Assembly (NCBI GenBank): GCA_965287045.1
Contig: OZ336879.1
Span: 50,220,001 to 50,284,000 of the forward strand
Length of the DNA stretch: 64,000 bases
Source of the DNA: Carcharhinus amblyrhynchos
Taxonomy: Eukaryota
Direction: 5' to 3'
The position numbers and the translations under genes were made by a program. Numbering within the stretch: position 1 is the first letter of the stretch; each line of letters starts with the position of its first letter. The notes beneath the pieces were generated by a model. It did not search any database, was not told the origin of the DNA, and was given only the letters and a program-made list of their open reading frames with translations. Below are positions 12,836 through 25,230 of this stretch, piece after piece.

Positions 12836-12985
12836 ATGTCTTGCTGGTCTTTTCAGAGACCCAAATATTAGGCACCATTGCTGTGCATTGAATCGCAATG
12901 AATGAGATCAGCACTGGATGCTAATAACATATCATACGTAACAAATAATTTGTGTATTTTCTTAATCTTTATTCACCTCTTGCAG

Positions 12986-13067
12986 AAAGATTTAGAGAAT
13001 TGCTGCTATCTGAACCAAACTTCGATACAGAGATCCTGCCCATACTGCAGCAGAGAAATTACCCAAA
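12986..13067 (+). CDS. NOX4: NOX4 coding exon (human exon 13 equivalent)
   Basis: cttgcag|AA AGA...CCA AA|gtaagt; 82 nt; (E)RFRELLLSEPNFDTEILPILQQRNYP(K) vs human ERFRDLLLPPSSQDSEILPFIQSRNYPK; phases match neighbours. Confidence 0.95.
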
Positions 13068-14529
13068 GTAAGTCTGAATGAAAGTTGCTGTTATTTATAA
13101 CAATTAATATATTACCTGATGTTAAGCTTTTATTAATGTGACACTTGCATCACTTTAATATTAGTTAATCTGTAGTTGACGGAGTTGAGACCAAGGTTAG
13201 AGATCAGAGTATATTTGGACAAAGCTGGAGGGATGGGATAAGAGAAGAAGGAAAGAAGAAAGAGATTTCAACCTATAAGGCATGCAGCTTGATACACAAG
13301 AAGTCAGCTAGTGAGGGAAATCAGGGTAGCAGGGAAAATGGACATCACGGCAACAGATAGCCACAAAATGAAAATGAGGAAAAGCCAGGAAGAGAATTTT
13401 AGGTCAGCAGGAATTCAAGACACACAAATGTCAACCAGCTGGGCTGGAGGGTGGCAAGGAAAGGGAGATAAGATTAATGGGAGAGGGATTGTTGAGGAAA
13501 GGCAGCCATGTCAGTGGATGAGATGGGAGCTGAAGAACAGGAAAACTGATCCGTGAAAAAGGGAAATGCTTAGAATGTCAAATCCAGGCAGTATCGATGG
13601 AAAATGGGGAATGTGGCTCACGGGCCATTACTGAACATTTCACCATAGGATGTGATGCAGAAGTTTGAAGGCACGGAGGGGAGAATGGATACAGAAAGGA
13701 GTTGTGGCTGAGAAAATTGAAATGTCAACTTTTCCAGGGAATTGCAAAGGGAGATAGACTTCAGAAATGGAAATTAGGCAAGTTATAGCCAGTAGAACAT
13801 TGGCAACCCTGACACATCCATTAGCTGAATATAGGACATATCATCTGTGTTGGAAGTCTTTGGAGATGAAATACATAAAAGTCCATCGAAAAGGGGAGCT
13901 GAATCTTTTAAGTTTTAATGGTGCAGAATGTCAGAATCTGCTGGGAAACATGACTCACTCCCAATGAATACTAGTTCAGAACCTGGCTCTTAGCAAATGT
14001 TCTGTCAGGCCATTTGTGACAGTGAGTGTAGATTAGGTCACTCATTGATACTGTACAATACAAAAGAAATTTATCTGAGGACTTAGTTACCTTCCAGGAC
14101 GATGTAAAATTAGACGATCCAAAATGTTACGGCATCAAGGTGTGTTTGGGAAAACATGCCTGATCTAAGGAGAGTGGAGTCTTGGATTACAAAAGAAACA
14201 CTGATCACGTGTGCATTGATTTCTATCATTTTTATATGAAATAAAGTAGAGAACTATGTCACAGTTTATAAATACAAGGTCAATAAAGATTCTCAAAATG
14301 CAATAAGTCCTGAAAAATGAGTGTGGGGATCATGATGCATGGTTAATGTATGCCCATTGTTACTGCTGCAGGTAAAATACAAAGCTGCTGACTCATTAAT
14401 TTGATTGTAGAATGCTAAGTGACTGAGTGGCTGCATGCTGTGCAGGAGGAACATAATTGTGAAAGGCTAGCATGAGTCAAATCTAGCGCAATCCATTTTA
14501 ATAGTGAGTTTCCCCTGAGAAGATTGGCA

Positions 14530-14740
14530 CAGCATGAGAGAAAGAGAGGTCTTCAAGGTTGCCTAATGCAGCACTGATGCTACACAGTTGGAGAGAGGCT
14601 CTGTGTGCACAGATGGCCCTCCAGGCAGATGTTGCAAAGGCAAATAACCGTCACGGCCAATGACAGCAGTTGAACCACAAGGACCTGACTGCAGTGCCAC
14701 AAGAAGATCAATGACCACTCACCTGAGTGGTCAAGGTCAG
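14530..14740 (+). mobile_element. Degraded Harbinger Myb/SANT exon
   Basis: CCACAAGGACCTGACTGCAGTGCCACAAGAAGATCAATGAC = RT*LQCHKKIND, then AAG|GTCAGT. Confidence 0.6.
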
Positions 14741-15727
14741 TGAATGCATGTTTAACAAGCATGCCCATACAATTGAGCCTCTAGCTTCACACCCTGCTTA
14801 ATATACAGTCACCATTTCACCAGCAATAATCTCCAGCAGTAACAACTCATAACTCACATAAATAGCTTCATTCCATCTTCATACACTTGGCATTGTTGCA
14901 AGCCTCACATGCACATCTCATTGAATTGCTGGCAACATGCACAGAGAAAGTCTTGTGGCACTGTGACAGCGACCCTACCTCTGGACCAGAACAACTGACT
15001 TCAAGCCCAATGCCAGGACTTGTTGGTTATGGAAAGAGCATTTCTGACAGTTCAATGGACTGATAATCAGCCCAGGAATTCATTCATCACTATCCTACTA
15101 TTTCCCAATGGAAAAAAACAGCATGTGTGAAGATACGCTAAAAAAGTTAGTATTCAGGCTTTCACAACAGGTATATACCCAAACACATTGCATGGCACAC
15201 ATTGACACAGTTCCCTGTCACCTAGAAGACAAGGTGGAACAACAACACATAACCGACGGGAGACATGAATGGTTCACTCTGATGGAGGAGTTGGTAGTTG
15301 CCGTTATTAGAGCAGCCACAGTTAAGGAAATGGTCAATGACAGGTCTGAGAGCATCAAAGATAATGATGTACTCATACCTGGTTTGGCCTCTCAGATTCC
15401 ATTCTCCCATATCCCACAAGCTATTTTGATTTACACATTGCAGATAATTTAGGGATGCACCTTTTGGTTTGCCCTTCCCTTGCACTTGTTTCCATTCAGC
15501 TACTGAGAAACTGGGACCTGATCATGTAATGACCTCAACGAGGCTCATGAGGTGGGCCTCTGTGGACTGGCCCATTGGACAGAAAAGTGGCAAATGGAAT
15601 TTAATATGGGGGAGTGTGAGATACTTGGGGAGATCAAGCAGGACAGGGGAATACATGAGAAGTGAAGAGGAATACAGGGACCATGGACTGTATGTCCATA
15701 GGTAGGACTCAATGCCTGAAAGAGAAC

Positions 15728-16000
15728 AGAATCATGGAATCCCTACAGTGCAGAAGGAGGCCATTCAGCACATCGAGCCTGCACCAATAACTATCCTACC
15801 TAGGCAATATCCCCATAACCCCACTGATGTATCCTGCTAATCCTCCTGACACTGAAGGTCAATTTAGCATGGCCAATTAACCCTACTCACATATCTTTGG
15901 AGTGTGGGAGGAAACTAGAGCCCCCAGAGGAAATCCATGCAGAGACGGGAAGAATGTGCGAACTCCACACAGTGACACAAGGCTGGAATCGAACCTAGGG
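15728..16000 (-). mobile_element. HE1-type V-SINE (5'-truncated) among CR1 fragments
   Basis: Reverse-complement tail AGAATCATGGAATCCCTACAGTGCAGAAGGAGGCC and V-domain. Confidence 0.85.
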
Positions 16001-16499
16001 CAAAAACCCTTATTATGCATAAAAAGGCACTTGGATATGTAGTTGAAGTCCCATAATCTTCAAGACCATGGACCTTAAACTGGAAAGAGAGATTAAGCTG
16101 GTTAACTCTCCTCCATTTTATACAGACACGCTGGACTAAGTGGTCTCCTTCTCTGCCATGCATTTTCTATGGTTCCATGTTATAAAATTATGGTAACACA
16201 GCAAGAAAGACCCTATATTAGTAGGTAGAACACTGAATGAATAGTATAAATTCCTGGAAATGGTATGCATGTTCTAATAATATTATCAGGACTCATTTTT
16301 AATAAAAAGTACCTGAAAACTGGTAGATATTCCTGACTTTAATACTAAGCCCAACCTTCAAGTTACATCATATGTTATAATTGATCACCTTTTTTTTCAA
16401 TTGGCCTTTTCTTCTTTATGTCTGCTAAATGCCTGTAACTGGGTATATTTTCTAATTGTGTCCAAATCCATTGCAATAAACATCTGACATTGCTTCTAT

Positions 16500-16985
16500 A
16501 AAATCCAAATACAGCAGATGCTCAAAAATTGAAATAGAATCATAAGAGTCCTTAAATTGCAGAAGGAGGTCATTCAGCCCATTGAGTCTGCACTGACAAC
16601 AATCCCACCCAGGCCCTATCTGTGTAACCCTGCTAATCCCCCTGACATGAAGAGGCACTTAATCATGGCAAATGCATCTAACCGGCACATCTTGGACTGT
16701 GGAAGGAAAATAGAGCCCCAAACAGAACCCACGCAGACACAAGCAGAATGTGCAAACTCCACAGAAACAGTCACCAGAGGCTGGAATTGAACCTGGGTCC
16801 CTGGTGCTGTGAAATAGCAGCACTAACCACTGTGCCACCGTGCCATCCATACAAACAGAAAATGCTGGATAAATTCAGCAGGTCTGGTAGCATCTGCAAA
16901 GAATAACAGAGTTAATGTTTCGAGTCCACATGACTTCTTAAGAGCCCTGCTTCTATGTGGATTCAAAACATTAACTCTGACTTTG
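16500..16985 (-). mobile_element. Penelope-like pLTR-derived element split by a V-SINE (16533-16848)
   Basis: AAATACAGCAGATGCT...[SINE]...ACAGAAAATGCTGG..CAGCAGGTCTGGTAGCATCTG..TTTCGAG; same family as 45735 and 63319. Confidence 0.6.
16533..16848 (-). mobile_element. HE1-type V-SINE
   Basis: Full head-to-tail match to the other copies. Confidence 0.88.
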
Positions 16986-18561
16986 CGTACAGCTTTTAAA
17001 CCGAAACTCCCAAATAATTCAGGATGAGCCTTTATACAATACGGGTCTGGTGATGTCTTGCAGCTTTAATTGTTAGTTCTTAAAACTGCCAGTTTAATTA
17101 TTAACAAAGCACAATGAGCCATGTCAGATCACTGACTTTATTTCCTACACTGCATTCCTCCACTGTCTTTCCGCTTGTGGTAACTTGACTTGAGTTGACA
17201 GCTACCCTCTCGATTGCATGACATGTGATCAAGAACACAATGGAAATGTTCACAGTTCAATTCTAAGTGGACTAAGGAAAATATGTGGTGGTTCTCCTGT
17301 CTCTCTAATCTTTTGGCTCTGAAGCATAGCTTCCTGAGCAATTAGCACCTCAGCCTCTGCTCATTGATCATTAAACAGGGCTGAATGAATTTCGACAAAA
17401 TAATGTGGAACTGAGAAGAGAGGAACCATTATGGAAATGTATATTATTAAACCATCAATTTCTTTTACGACCTAGTACAGTTTTCTGACTAGACAAATGG
17501 GTTTCAGAAGAATCACTGTCAAAATGCTGGAGAAAGGAGGAAATGAAGGATTCTATTAACTGTTTTAAACACTCTAGTCATAAGACCTCCAGCCAAGTTG
17601 TGCGGTTTGGGCAGTTAAATCATTTCAATCACTTTTTAGGTTGTTCGAACTCGTATGAGAATTGATCTCTATTAACTGCAGAAAGAATGATTTGCAACTA
17701 ACCATCATATTGATCATGCTGACTGGGTGCTGAGTTATTAAAGGAATTTTTGTGGCCCCCAATCCAGAAATTTTTGGGGATCATCCTTTTGATTGAGTTC
17801 TTTTACTTTTCCAATGATAAAAGATATCAAGACCTTTGAGGAACATTAGGAGAATAACCACCTCTATTCACCTAACAAGTTAAGGAGCAATGCTCCAAAA
17901 TTTCTCTGCTTCTAACCCCCCTCGCAAAGCAGCAGATTGATGAAACACCAACTTTCGTTTGCAGTCTGGTCAAAATGATCTCCTGTAATTAAGCTAATAA
18001 TTCCCACTACATTCACAACCACATATTTCAGTGCATTGGAATATGCTGACATAAACTCCAATGTATTCATTGCTAAGTGACTAGCATACTGTCATGGGGC
18101 CAGCAATACACTGATGTGATGTTTTGCTGAGAGAATAGATGTTTTTCCGATTAAATCATACATTTTATTTGGTACAATTGCATGATTACCAGTAACCCTC
18201 GCCCTCTTCTTGTGACATACTAGGATCAATTTACTTTTCCCACCCATTCCCACTGAAAATTAAGATGTTTTAGTTATTTCCAAATCAGTGCAAAACAAAT
18301 ATTGAATTTGTGGCTCTTTCATTTGATTGCATCGTGAGCAGAAGGGTGCATTAGTAGAGAACTGAGGAAGCTTGCCTCTCTTACCACTATTCCAGTCTTC
18401 AAAATCAGATCCCTTGTACGAATTCATGTGGTGACCCCAGTGTATGCATGAAGGAATTGTATGTTGGCAGCATGCTTGGCGTTTGTTGCTTTTCCCCAGC
18501 AGTACACTAAATCATAGATGTATTACTAAGGTAAAATTAATGAGCAGGCAAGCATTTCATT

Positions 18562-18875
18562 GAATCATAGAATCCCTGGAGTACAGAAGGAGGCCATTTG
18601 GCCCATCAATTCTGTACCAACCACAATCTTACCCAGGCCCTATTCTTGTAACCCCACATATTTACTCTGCTAGTCCCCCTGACACTAATTTAGCATGGTC
18701 AGTAGACCTAACCTGCATTCTTTGGACTGTGGGAGGAAACCAGAGTCGGAGAAAACCCACTCAGCCATGAAGAGAATGTGCAAACTCCACACAGACAGTG
18801 ACCATAGGCTGGAATTGAACACAGACCCCTGGTGCTGCGAGGCAGCAGTGCTAACCACTGTACCACTGGGCCACC
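18562..18875 (-). mobile_element. HE1-type V-SINE
   Basis: Full head-to-tail match to the other copies. Confidence 0.88.
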
Positions 18876-19203
18876 CCTCGCTTACTGAATGTGCAGCTGA
18901 TGTGTGACCACAACAAACAAATCCTGCAGCTTTGCGCAAGGTTTCCCAGAAGCATCCACAATTCCTAAGCCTTTGGTGGATTACAGAATCTGGGCATCTT
19001 TTGAGAGACAACGCAGTATCCAGGGCAGGCTCCTTGAGGCAAAATGTACCCACAAAGGATGTGGCTCATGATGCCCAACTGGAAGCTACAAACCATCGCA
19101 GAGAGAGAAGATACCCGAATACTGGTGGAGCATAGTCATTTTAAAAATATGATTCTGCTGCCCAGACAGATCTGATGGGTCAGTGCTGTACTCTCTCAAG
19201 GGT

Positions 19204-19540
19204 CTCATAGAATCATAGAAACCCGACAGTGCAGAAAGAGGCCATTTGGCCCATCAAGTCTGCACTCACCACAATCCCACCCAGGCCCCATCCCCATATA
19301 TTTTTACCCACTAATCCCTCTAAACTACACATCCCAGGACACTAAGGGACATTTGTAGCATGGCCAGCCAACCTAACCCCCACATCTTTGGACTGTGAGA
19401 GGAAACCAAGCACCCAGAGAAAACCCATGCAGACACCAGGAGAATGTGCAAACTCCACACAGACAGTGACCCAAGCCGGGAATTGAACCTAGGTCCCTGG
19501 AGCCACGAAGCAGCAGTGCTAACCACTGTGCTACCGTTCC
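19204..19540 (-). mobile_element. HE1-type V-SINE
   Basis: Full match with CATAGAAT tail repeats. Confidence 0.88.
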
Positions 19541-19878
19541 GCGCATCGTGGTTTGTTGGGAATAGGTTAACTGCAACCTTCCATTTTAAATCTAAATTGC
19601 ATATTAATTGTTTAATAGTACTCACTGGGATATATTAAAAGGGTTACAAGTGGCACTGGGCGTTGAGCGCTTGTATGCAGAGTTGTAAAAGGGAATAAAA
19701 TGAGTTTGTAAGGAAGATGGAGTTGCATAATCTTTTATTACTGGACTGTAACAGAGAGGCTTAACATGGCTTACTGAGCACTTCACAACCTGGCGGCGCA
19801 AAGGGGGAGAAGCTGCCGGATTCCGAGATGGAACACCTGTAGATCTCCTCCTCCGATGAGGAGAACATTGAAAGGGAT

Positions 19879-20337
19879 GAACAAAGAACACAAAGAACAA
19901 AATCAGCCTGGGAAACAGACCCTTCGGCCCAACGAGCCCACACTGCCATCTCAACACCACCTCTCTACTCATGACCCCTATCTAATGTTTTATGGCCATC
20001 CAGATTGAGGGAAACTGATTTAGGGACAATTTATTCTTGCCAATCAGCCTAACAGCACATCTCTGGGGTGTGGGAGGAAACCGGAGCACCCGGAGAAAAC
20101 CCACGCAAGCACGGGGAGAATGCGCAAACTCCCACAGACACCGGCCCAAATCCATGTGTCTGCACAGCAATCAGCGATAGTCACTGAGCTGTCGTCTTGC
20201 CCAGTATCTGGTCCAGTTTAAGCACACACTAACGACATGAAGCACTAGGCCAATCTCGAACAACCAAGAGCAGCCCCAGTACGACCCATCGCGTGTATGC
20301 CCCTCGTTGGACATGAGGTGGACCGACTTAAAACCTG
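19879..20337 (-). mobile_element. Atypical V-SINE with extended CpG-rich 5' head, copy 1
   Basis: V-domain and (TTTGTTC)n CR1-type tail, with a ~200-nt head unlike HE1; collinear with 61817-62275. Confidence 0.85.
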
Positions 20338-21039
20338 AAATGAAGGTAGTGAGGTTAAGGAAGCTGAGGCTGCAGAGGAAGAGACCATTGCATGAACAGG
20401 CATGCAAGTGAGGCCCTAAGCCAGATTCCAGGAGGAGGATACTGAGTAGTACTGACTGTCCTCTTGGACAAATGTTCCCTATCATGGGCCCACATGAACA
20501 TCAGTGTGGCTACTGTCTCATTTCAGTCATCAGGAGCAGGTGCACCCTCCTCGGCCTGTGGCATTGAAGCTGATGGGGTCACAGTCAGATGGGATTGGGA
20601 TCAGATGGATACTCCACAAGTCACCTGTGTGAATGACCCTGCGGTGTGCATCTCTTGATCCTCCTCCCCATGGCCCTGGCAGATTCCTTGCGGAGAAGGG
20701 GCAGCTGGAGTGAGATTGAGTTGATTTGTATCCCTCTTGTGTAGCCACTGATGGATGCCACCTGGGTTACAGCGATGGTTGTGCAGTCCTGGAGCAAGGC
20801 CTCCACTGCGGCTGCCAACCTGCCATTGTCAACCTTGGTGCATTGACATGCTGGCACTATTATCTCAGACTGAACGTGGGCAGATGCTTCCATCGTTCAC
20901 TGCACTCTGAGGAGTGCAACTGTAACGGTCACTGTAGCTCTAGCAACTGATTTGTGACCGAGTCCTGAGGCTCATCACCTGAGCAGCTACCAGCTACAAC
21001 ACTACTCTTTGATTAGAAATGCACAAATATCAGACACAA

Positions 21040-22512
21040 CGTGCTTAAACCCGTGAGCTTGCATCAGAAGATGGCCACAAAATCCTATTCTGAGGCAATA
21101 TTTTGAGCAAAGAAGACACCTTGGAATTGTGGATGACTTGTTGATTTGTGGTGATAAACAGTTCATACCGCGAGTCCTTCAACTAGATATGCTTCAGAGT
21201 TTACACCAAGGTCACTTGGGTATCACAAAGCGTCGTCCCAAAGTGAGAAATTCAATCTGGAGTCCAGGACTCTCCAAATCATTAGGAGAAATGATATCCA
21301 ATTACATCACGTGCACTAATCATAGACAGGAGAAAGGGGAACAACTGTAAACATCCTCATTTCCATCAAGACTGTGGAAACATCTTGGGATGGATATTTT
21401 TACTTTTTGATAATGGTTGACTAGACATAAAATGTCTGCATGCTCAGACATCTGAGGCTCTCGTTGCGTCATTGAAAGAAATTTTTGTCATGCACAGGAT
21501 TCCAGAACTTGTCACTTTGAACAACAGCCCACAGTTTGCTCACAAATACTTCAAGGAGCTTACTGATTCTTACAGGTTTGTCCAAAGGACTATCTCAATA
21601 TACCCACAAGCTAATGGAGAAGTTGAAAAGGAGCATGGATAGTAAAGGCTTTATTAAAAATCAACAATGACAGTAAACTAGCATTGCCAAGTTAACCTCT
21701 ATCCCATCTCAGAATGGTATGTCTACATGTGCGCTTTTAATGGGAAGAAGGCTGAAGATTCAGCTTCCTACTCTTCCAAACACATCAATGCCGACAGCAG
21801 CAGGTTTGGACAAGGTGAGATGAGTACCGTTCCAATCAAACACAGAACTACAACAATCGCCACAGAAGATGGCCACAAAATCCTATTCTGAGGCAATATT
21901 TTGAGCAAAGAAGACATCTCGGAATTGTGGATGACTTGCTGATTTATGGTGAGAGCCAGTTCATACCGCGAGTCCTTCGACTAGAAACCACCAGACCTGG
22001 AGTATCAGTGTGGATTTGTGATCAAGGCCATGTCCTTGAGAAAGAATGCTTTCTTGTGGAGATAGAAAATGGTATAGGCAACCTTCTTAGAGTTGACAAG
22101 TTCTTCAGGAAACCTGTAAGATGGCCTGAACTGTGATCCTCTGACAATTCTCATTCTGTCCGACAGTTCCGTAAAGAACCCGAATTCTCAATTTTCTCCA
22201 AGAGCGCTGAGAACACAATAGAATAAACTAATGAAATTACGCCGTGGTCTCTGAGTCTGAGATGAAAGTCAGAGATTTGTGGGGGAGGGGAGCAAAGATA
22301 TAATGTGGAGGATTAATGTGAATATGTAAATGAGACACTTCACATCATTTTGGGGAAGTAATGTAAGATCACATGAACAGCACGATCAGGATCTCTCTTG
22401 CAGCCTCACGGCAAGGATGAAGTGTCATTCTGGATGTAGTTGGTATTATGTTTTCAATAACATTAATGCTTAACCCTACCGCTGAAGACTCCAACAATAG
22501 TCATTAACAACC
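21040..22512 (+). mobile_element. Gypsy/Ty3 LTR retrotransposon relic: integrase, PPT and probable 3' LTR
   Basis: IPRVLQLDMLQSLHQGHLGITK...SIWSPGL...ITC (integrase zinc-binding region), W.HLGMDIF, HRIPE.V..NSPQF, YPQANGEVE; purine tract GGGGGAGGGG at ~22280 followed by an LTR-like segment. Confidence 0.8.
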
Positions 22513-23899
22513 TCAAACACAAGAATATCAGATACCTCAGAATTTGGAATCTGTCCTTTCCTGTGCACAAATGGTGGCCAATTCCATTGCAACAAAGCCA
22601 AGTCACCCAATATCTCTGCTGCAGTGGAAGCTCAAATAGAGGAACCGTGCTAGGGTCCATGCAGGCTCGGCATGGCTGTGGAACCCATGGTCACGGAGGA
22701 TTGTAGGTTGTCACGTGGGTTCAGTAACTTGTCCTTAAACAGATTACTAGGATTGCTGAGGTGCCCCACTGGGGAAATGTAGTGCCTCCATGGGGCACAA
22801 AGCTGCTGTTCTCTTCACGTTCCTCCTCTTACCAATGCCAGTCTGACAGTGCTCTTACTATGTATTGTGTCAGTCCACCAAGGCAGATTGTATCACCCGT
22901 GCCAAGCTGATGCCGTTTTTAAAGTCAGGACCTCAAGACCCAAGCTGTCTCGAGGGTGCTTGTAATGTCCTAACTATGTTTGGAGTTGTGAGTTTTGAAC
23001 AAAAAGAAAAAGATGTGGTTTGCACAAGTATATTCAAAATAACAACAACAGATTTATTGCAGGAGCTGTTGGCTGTACAGAGTAAGAAATGAAACTAAAG
23101 ACAGGAGCCTGTAAAATGTCCCAAGGACATCATCAAATTATGTGACTGGCTCTTTAAGCAATTATGCAGCTATTTAAATATATGACAGTGTCCTTGAAGG
23201 CCACCTACAGTCTCACCAAGTGAGAGTCAAGAGCCTTCCACCAACCATGCTACACTCACTGGATGGCATAGGAACACTCAGGCAGGAAGAGACAACAGAG
23301 AGACAAGAGAATAAAGGGAATGCGCAAGGCTGAATAGTTTGTTCCTGTTTGTATAAGTGGATGCATTTTTGGTTAAAGATGCAGTGGAAAGATAATTGTT
23401 GGCTTTTATTGTGGGCTTGAGGACTAGATGGCCTACTCCTATTTTTGTGATCCTAACTGGAGGTGCAATAATGCAACATTCCCGATGGATGACATGATAG
23501 GGAATATTGTAATTACGTGGTAAAGGGAAGTTGACCTATGGGAGGGTGGGGTGCCTGTGGGGAGCTCCATGGGGGCTGGGAGTTTCCATTATCAGTTGGC
23601 GGCCTTTTCCCCTTGTGCAACTGGGGTGTCTATGAAGGTCTCCTATTTCCTTGGGGAAGTGGGTCTACCGTGGGGAAGTGGTGAGAGGTTCCTGTGATTT
23701 AAGGTGCCCCAATCTCAGAATTGCTGTCTTTTTCCGAATCCAGTGTGACAGTGTGGGCCACACCTCCAGATTGTTTCTGCACAGAGTACTGGATTATCTG
23801 GAGAGAAAAGCTGGTTGTGCGGCCTGGAAGCTGGTTTTCTCGCCTCAGCAAGCACCCTGTGCAGGAAATGGAAAATTCCACCCTACATCTTGACCCATT

Positions 23900-25040
23900 G
23901 ATCTAAGATCCTCTCTTACTTAGGTGCTGCCCAATCTCCTTTTCTCCCTTTTGCCTATCCTCTTAAATGTTGAATGTCCTTGGATACTTAGTTCCCAACC
24001 TTCAGCCACATCTCCGTAACAACAATTAATTCAAACCCATTTACCTCAATGTGTGCATTTAAATCATCAACTTTTTTGTGAATGTTTTGTGTATTTAGAC
24101 AGAGTGCCTCCGCTTTTCTTAAACTTTATTTTCTATCTGTATCCTATTTAATACTTGCCCATGTTTTGACTATCCTCTTTTTATTTTCTACTTCATTTTT
24201 CTACCTCCTGAGTAATCTGAGCTCCCTCTCAGGTTCCCATTTTCCCTACTAATCTAGTTTAAACCCTCCCCAACAGCACAAGTGAATCTCCCTGCAACGT
24301 TATTAGCCTCAGCTCTGCTAAGACACACTTCATCCATCTGGGACAGATTTCTGTGCTCACTAGTTTATGGAAGTAATCCTGGGATTACTGCTTTAGAGAT
24401 CCTGCTTTTCAATTTCCTTCCTAACTCCCTGAAATCGGCTTTCAAGACCTCTTCAGTCTTCCAACCTGAGTGATTGTTACCAATGTGGACCACGACTTCT
24501 AGCTGTTCACCACAAGAGTGTCCTGCAGCTCCTCCATGACACCCTCGACATCTGGGAGGCAACACTCTATCCTGGTGTCATGTCAATGCCACAGAAATAT
24601 CTATCTGTCCCTCTAACCAATGAATTCCGATCAGTACTCCTCTTTCCCCCTCCATCTTCTCTTCCAGTACAGCTAAGAGGCACATAATACCACAAACTTG
24701 GCTCTGATTGCACTATTTCAAGGAACTAATGAACTCCTGAGCATCCAGAACAGGAAACTGATTAGCAAGCAAGACATTGGGGAACTCTGCACTACCTGCC
24801 TGCTTCTCGTGGAGTGTCTGGTGGCCATCCACTCCCTTTCTGCCTGCACGCTCCTCGCCACCTCTTTGAGCACCCTATCTATTAGCTCTTAGCCTCTCAG
24901 ATGCACCACAGTGACCCCAGCTCAAGTTCCAAATCCCAGAACTAAAGTTTCTGCAGCTTGTGACACTCTTTGCACATAGTCTAAGACACCACCAACATTC
25001 ATTATTTTCCACACACTACAGGACATATATTCCAGGTGAC
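23900..25040 (-). mobile_element. CR1 LINE 5' region including ORF1 SGNH-esterase relic
   Basis: EQLEVVVHIGNNHSGWKTEEVLKADFRELGRKLKSRISKAVIPGLLP matches the VVVH.GTND block of the CR1 ORF1 esterase. Confidence 0.8.
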
Positions 25041-25087
25041 TGAGAAAAAAACATGACAGTTTTATTCATTATTTACCTGAATAGAAT

Positions 25088-25230
25088 GAAAGAAATTGTA
25101 TTTATGTAATTACCTTCACGACCTTTAGATATTCCAGAATGCTTTGCAACCAATGAAATACTTCTGAACTGTAATTACAGTTGTAATATAAGAAATGTGA
25201 TCCAATTTGCACACAGATCCAGAAACATGA
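25088..25230 (-). mobile_element. Deu-SINE 3' fragment
   Basis: Reverse complement of the 3' part of the element at 3127-3880. Confidence 0.6.

Noticed and set aside
20140-20337. Hammerhead or HDV-like ribozyme in the atypical SINE head
   Set aside because: No CUGANGA/GAAA core, and I could not build an HDV double pseudoknot by eye; left as an open test.
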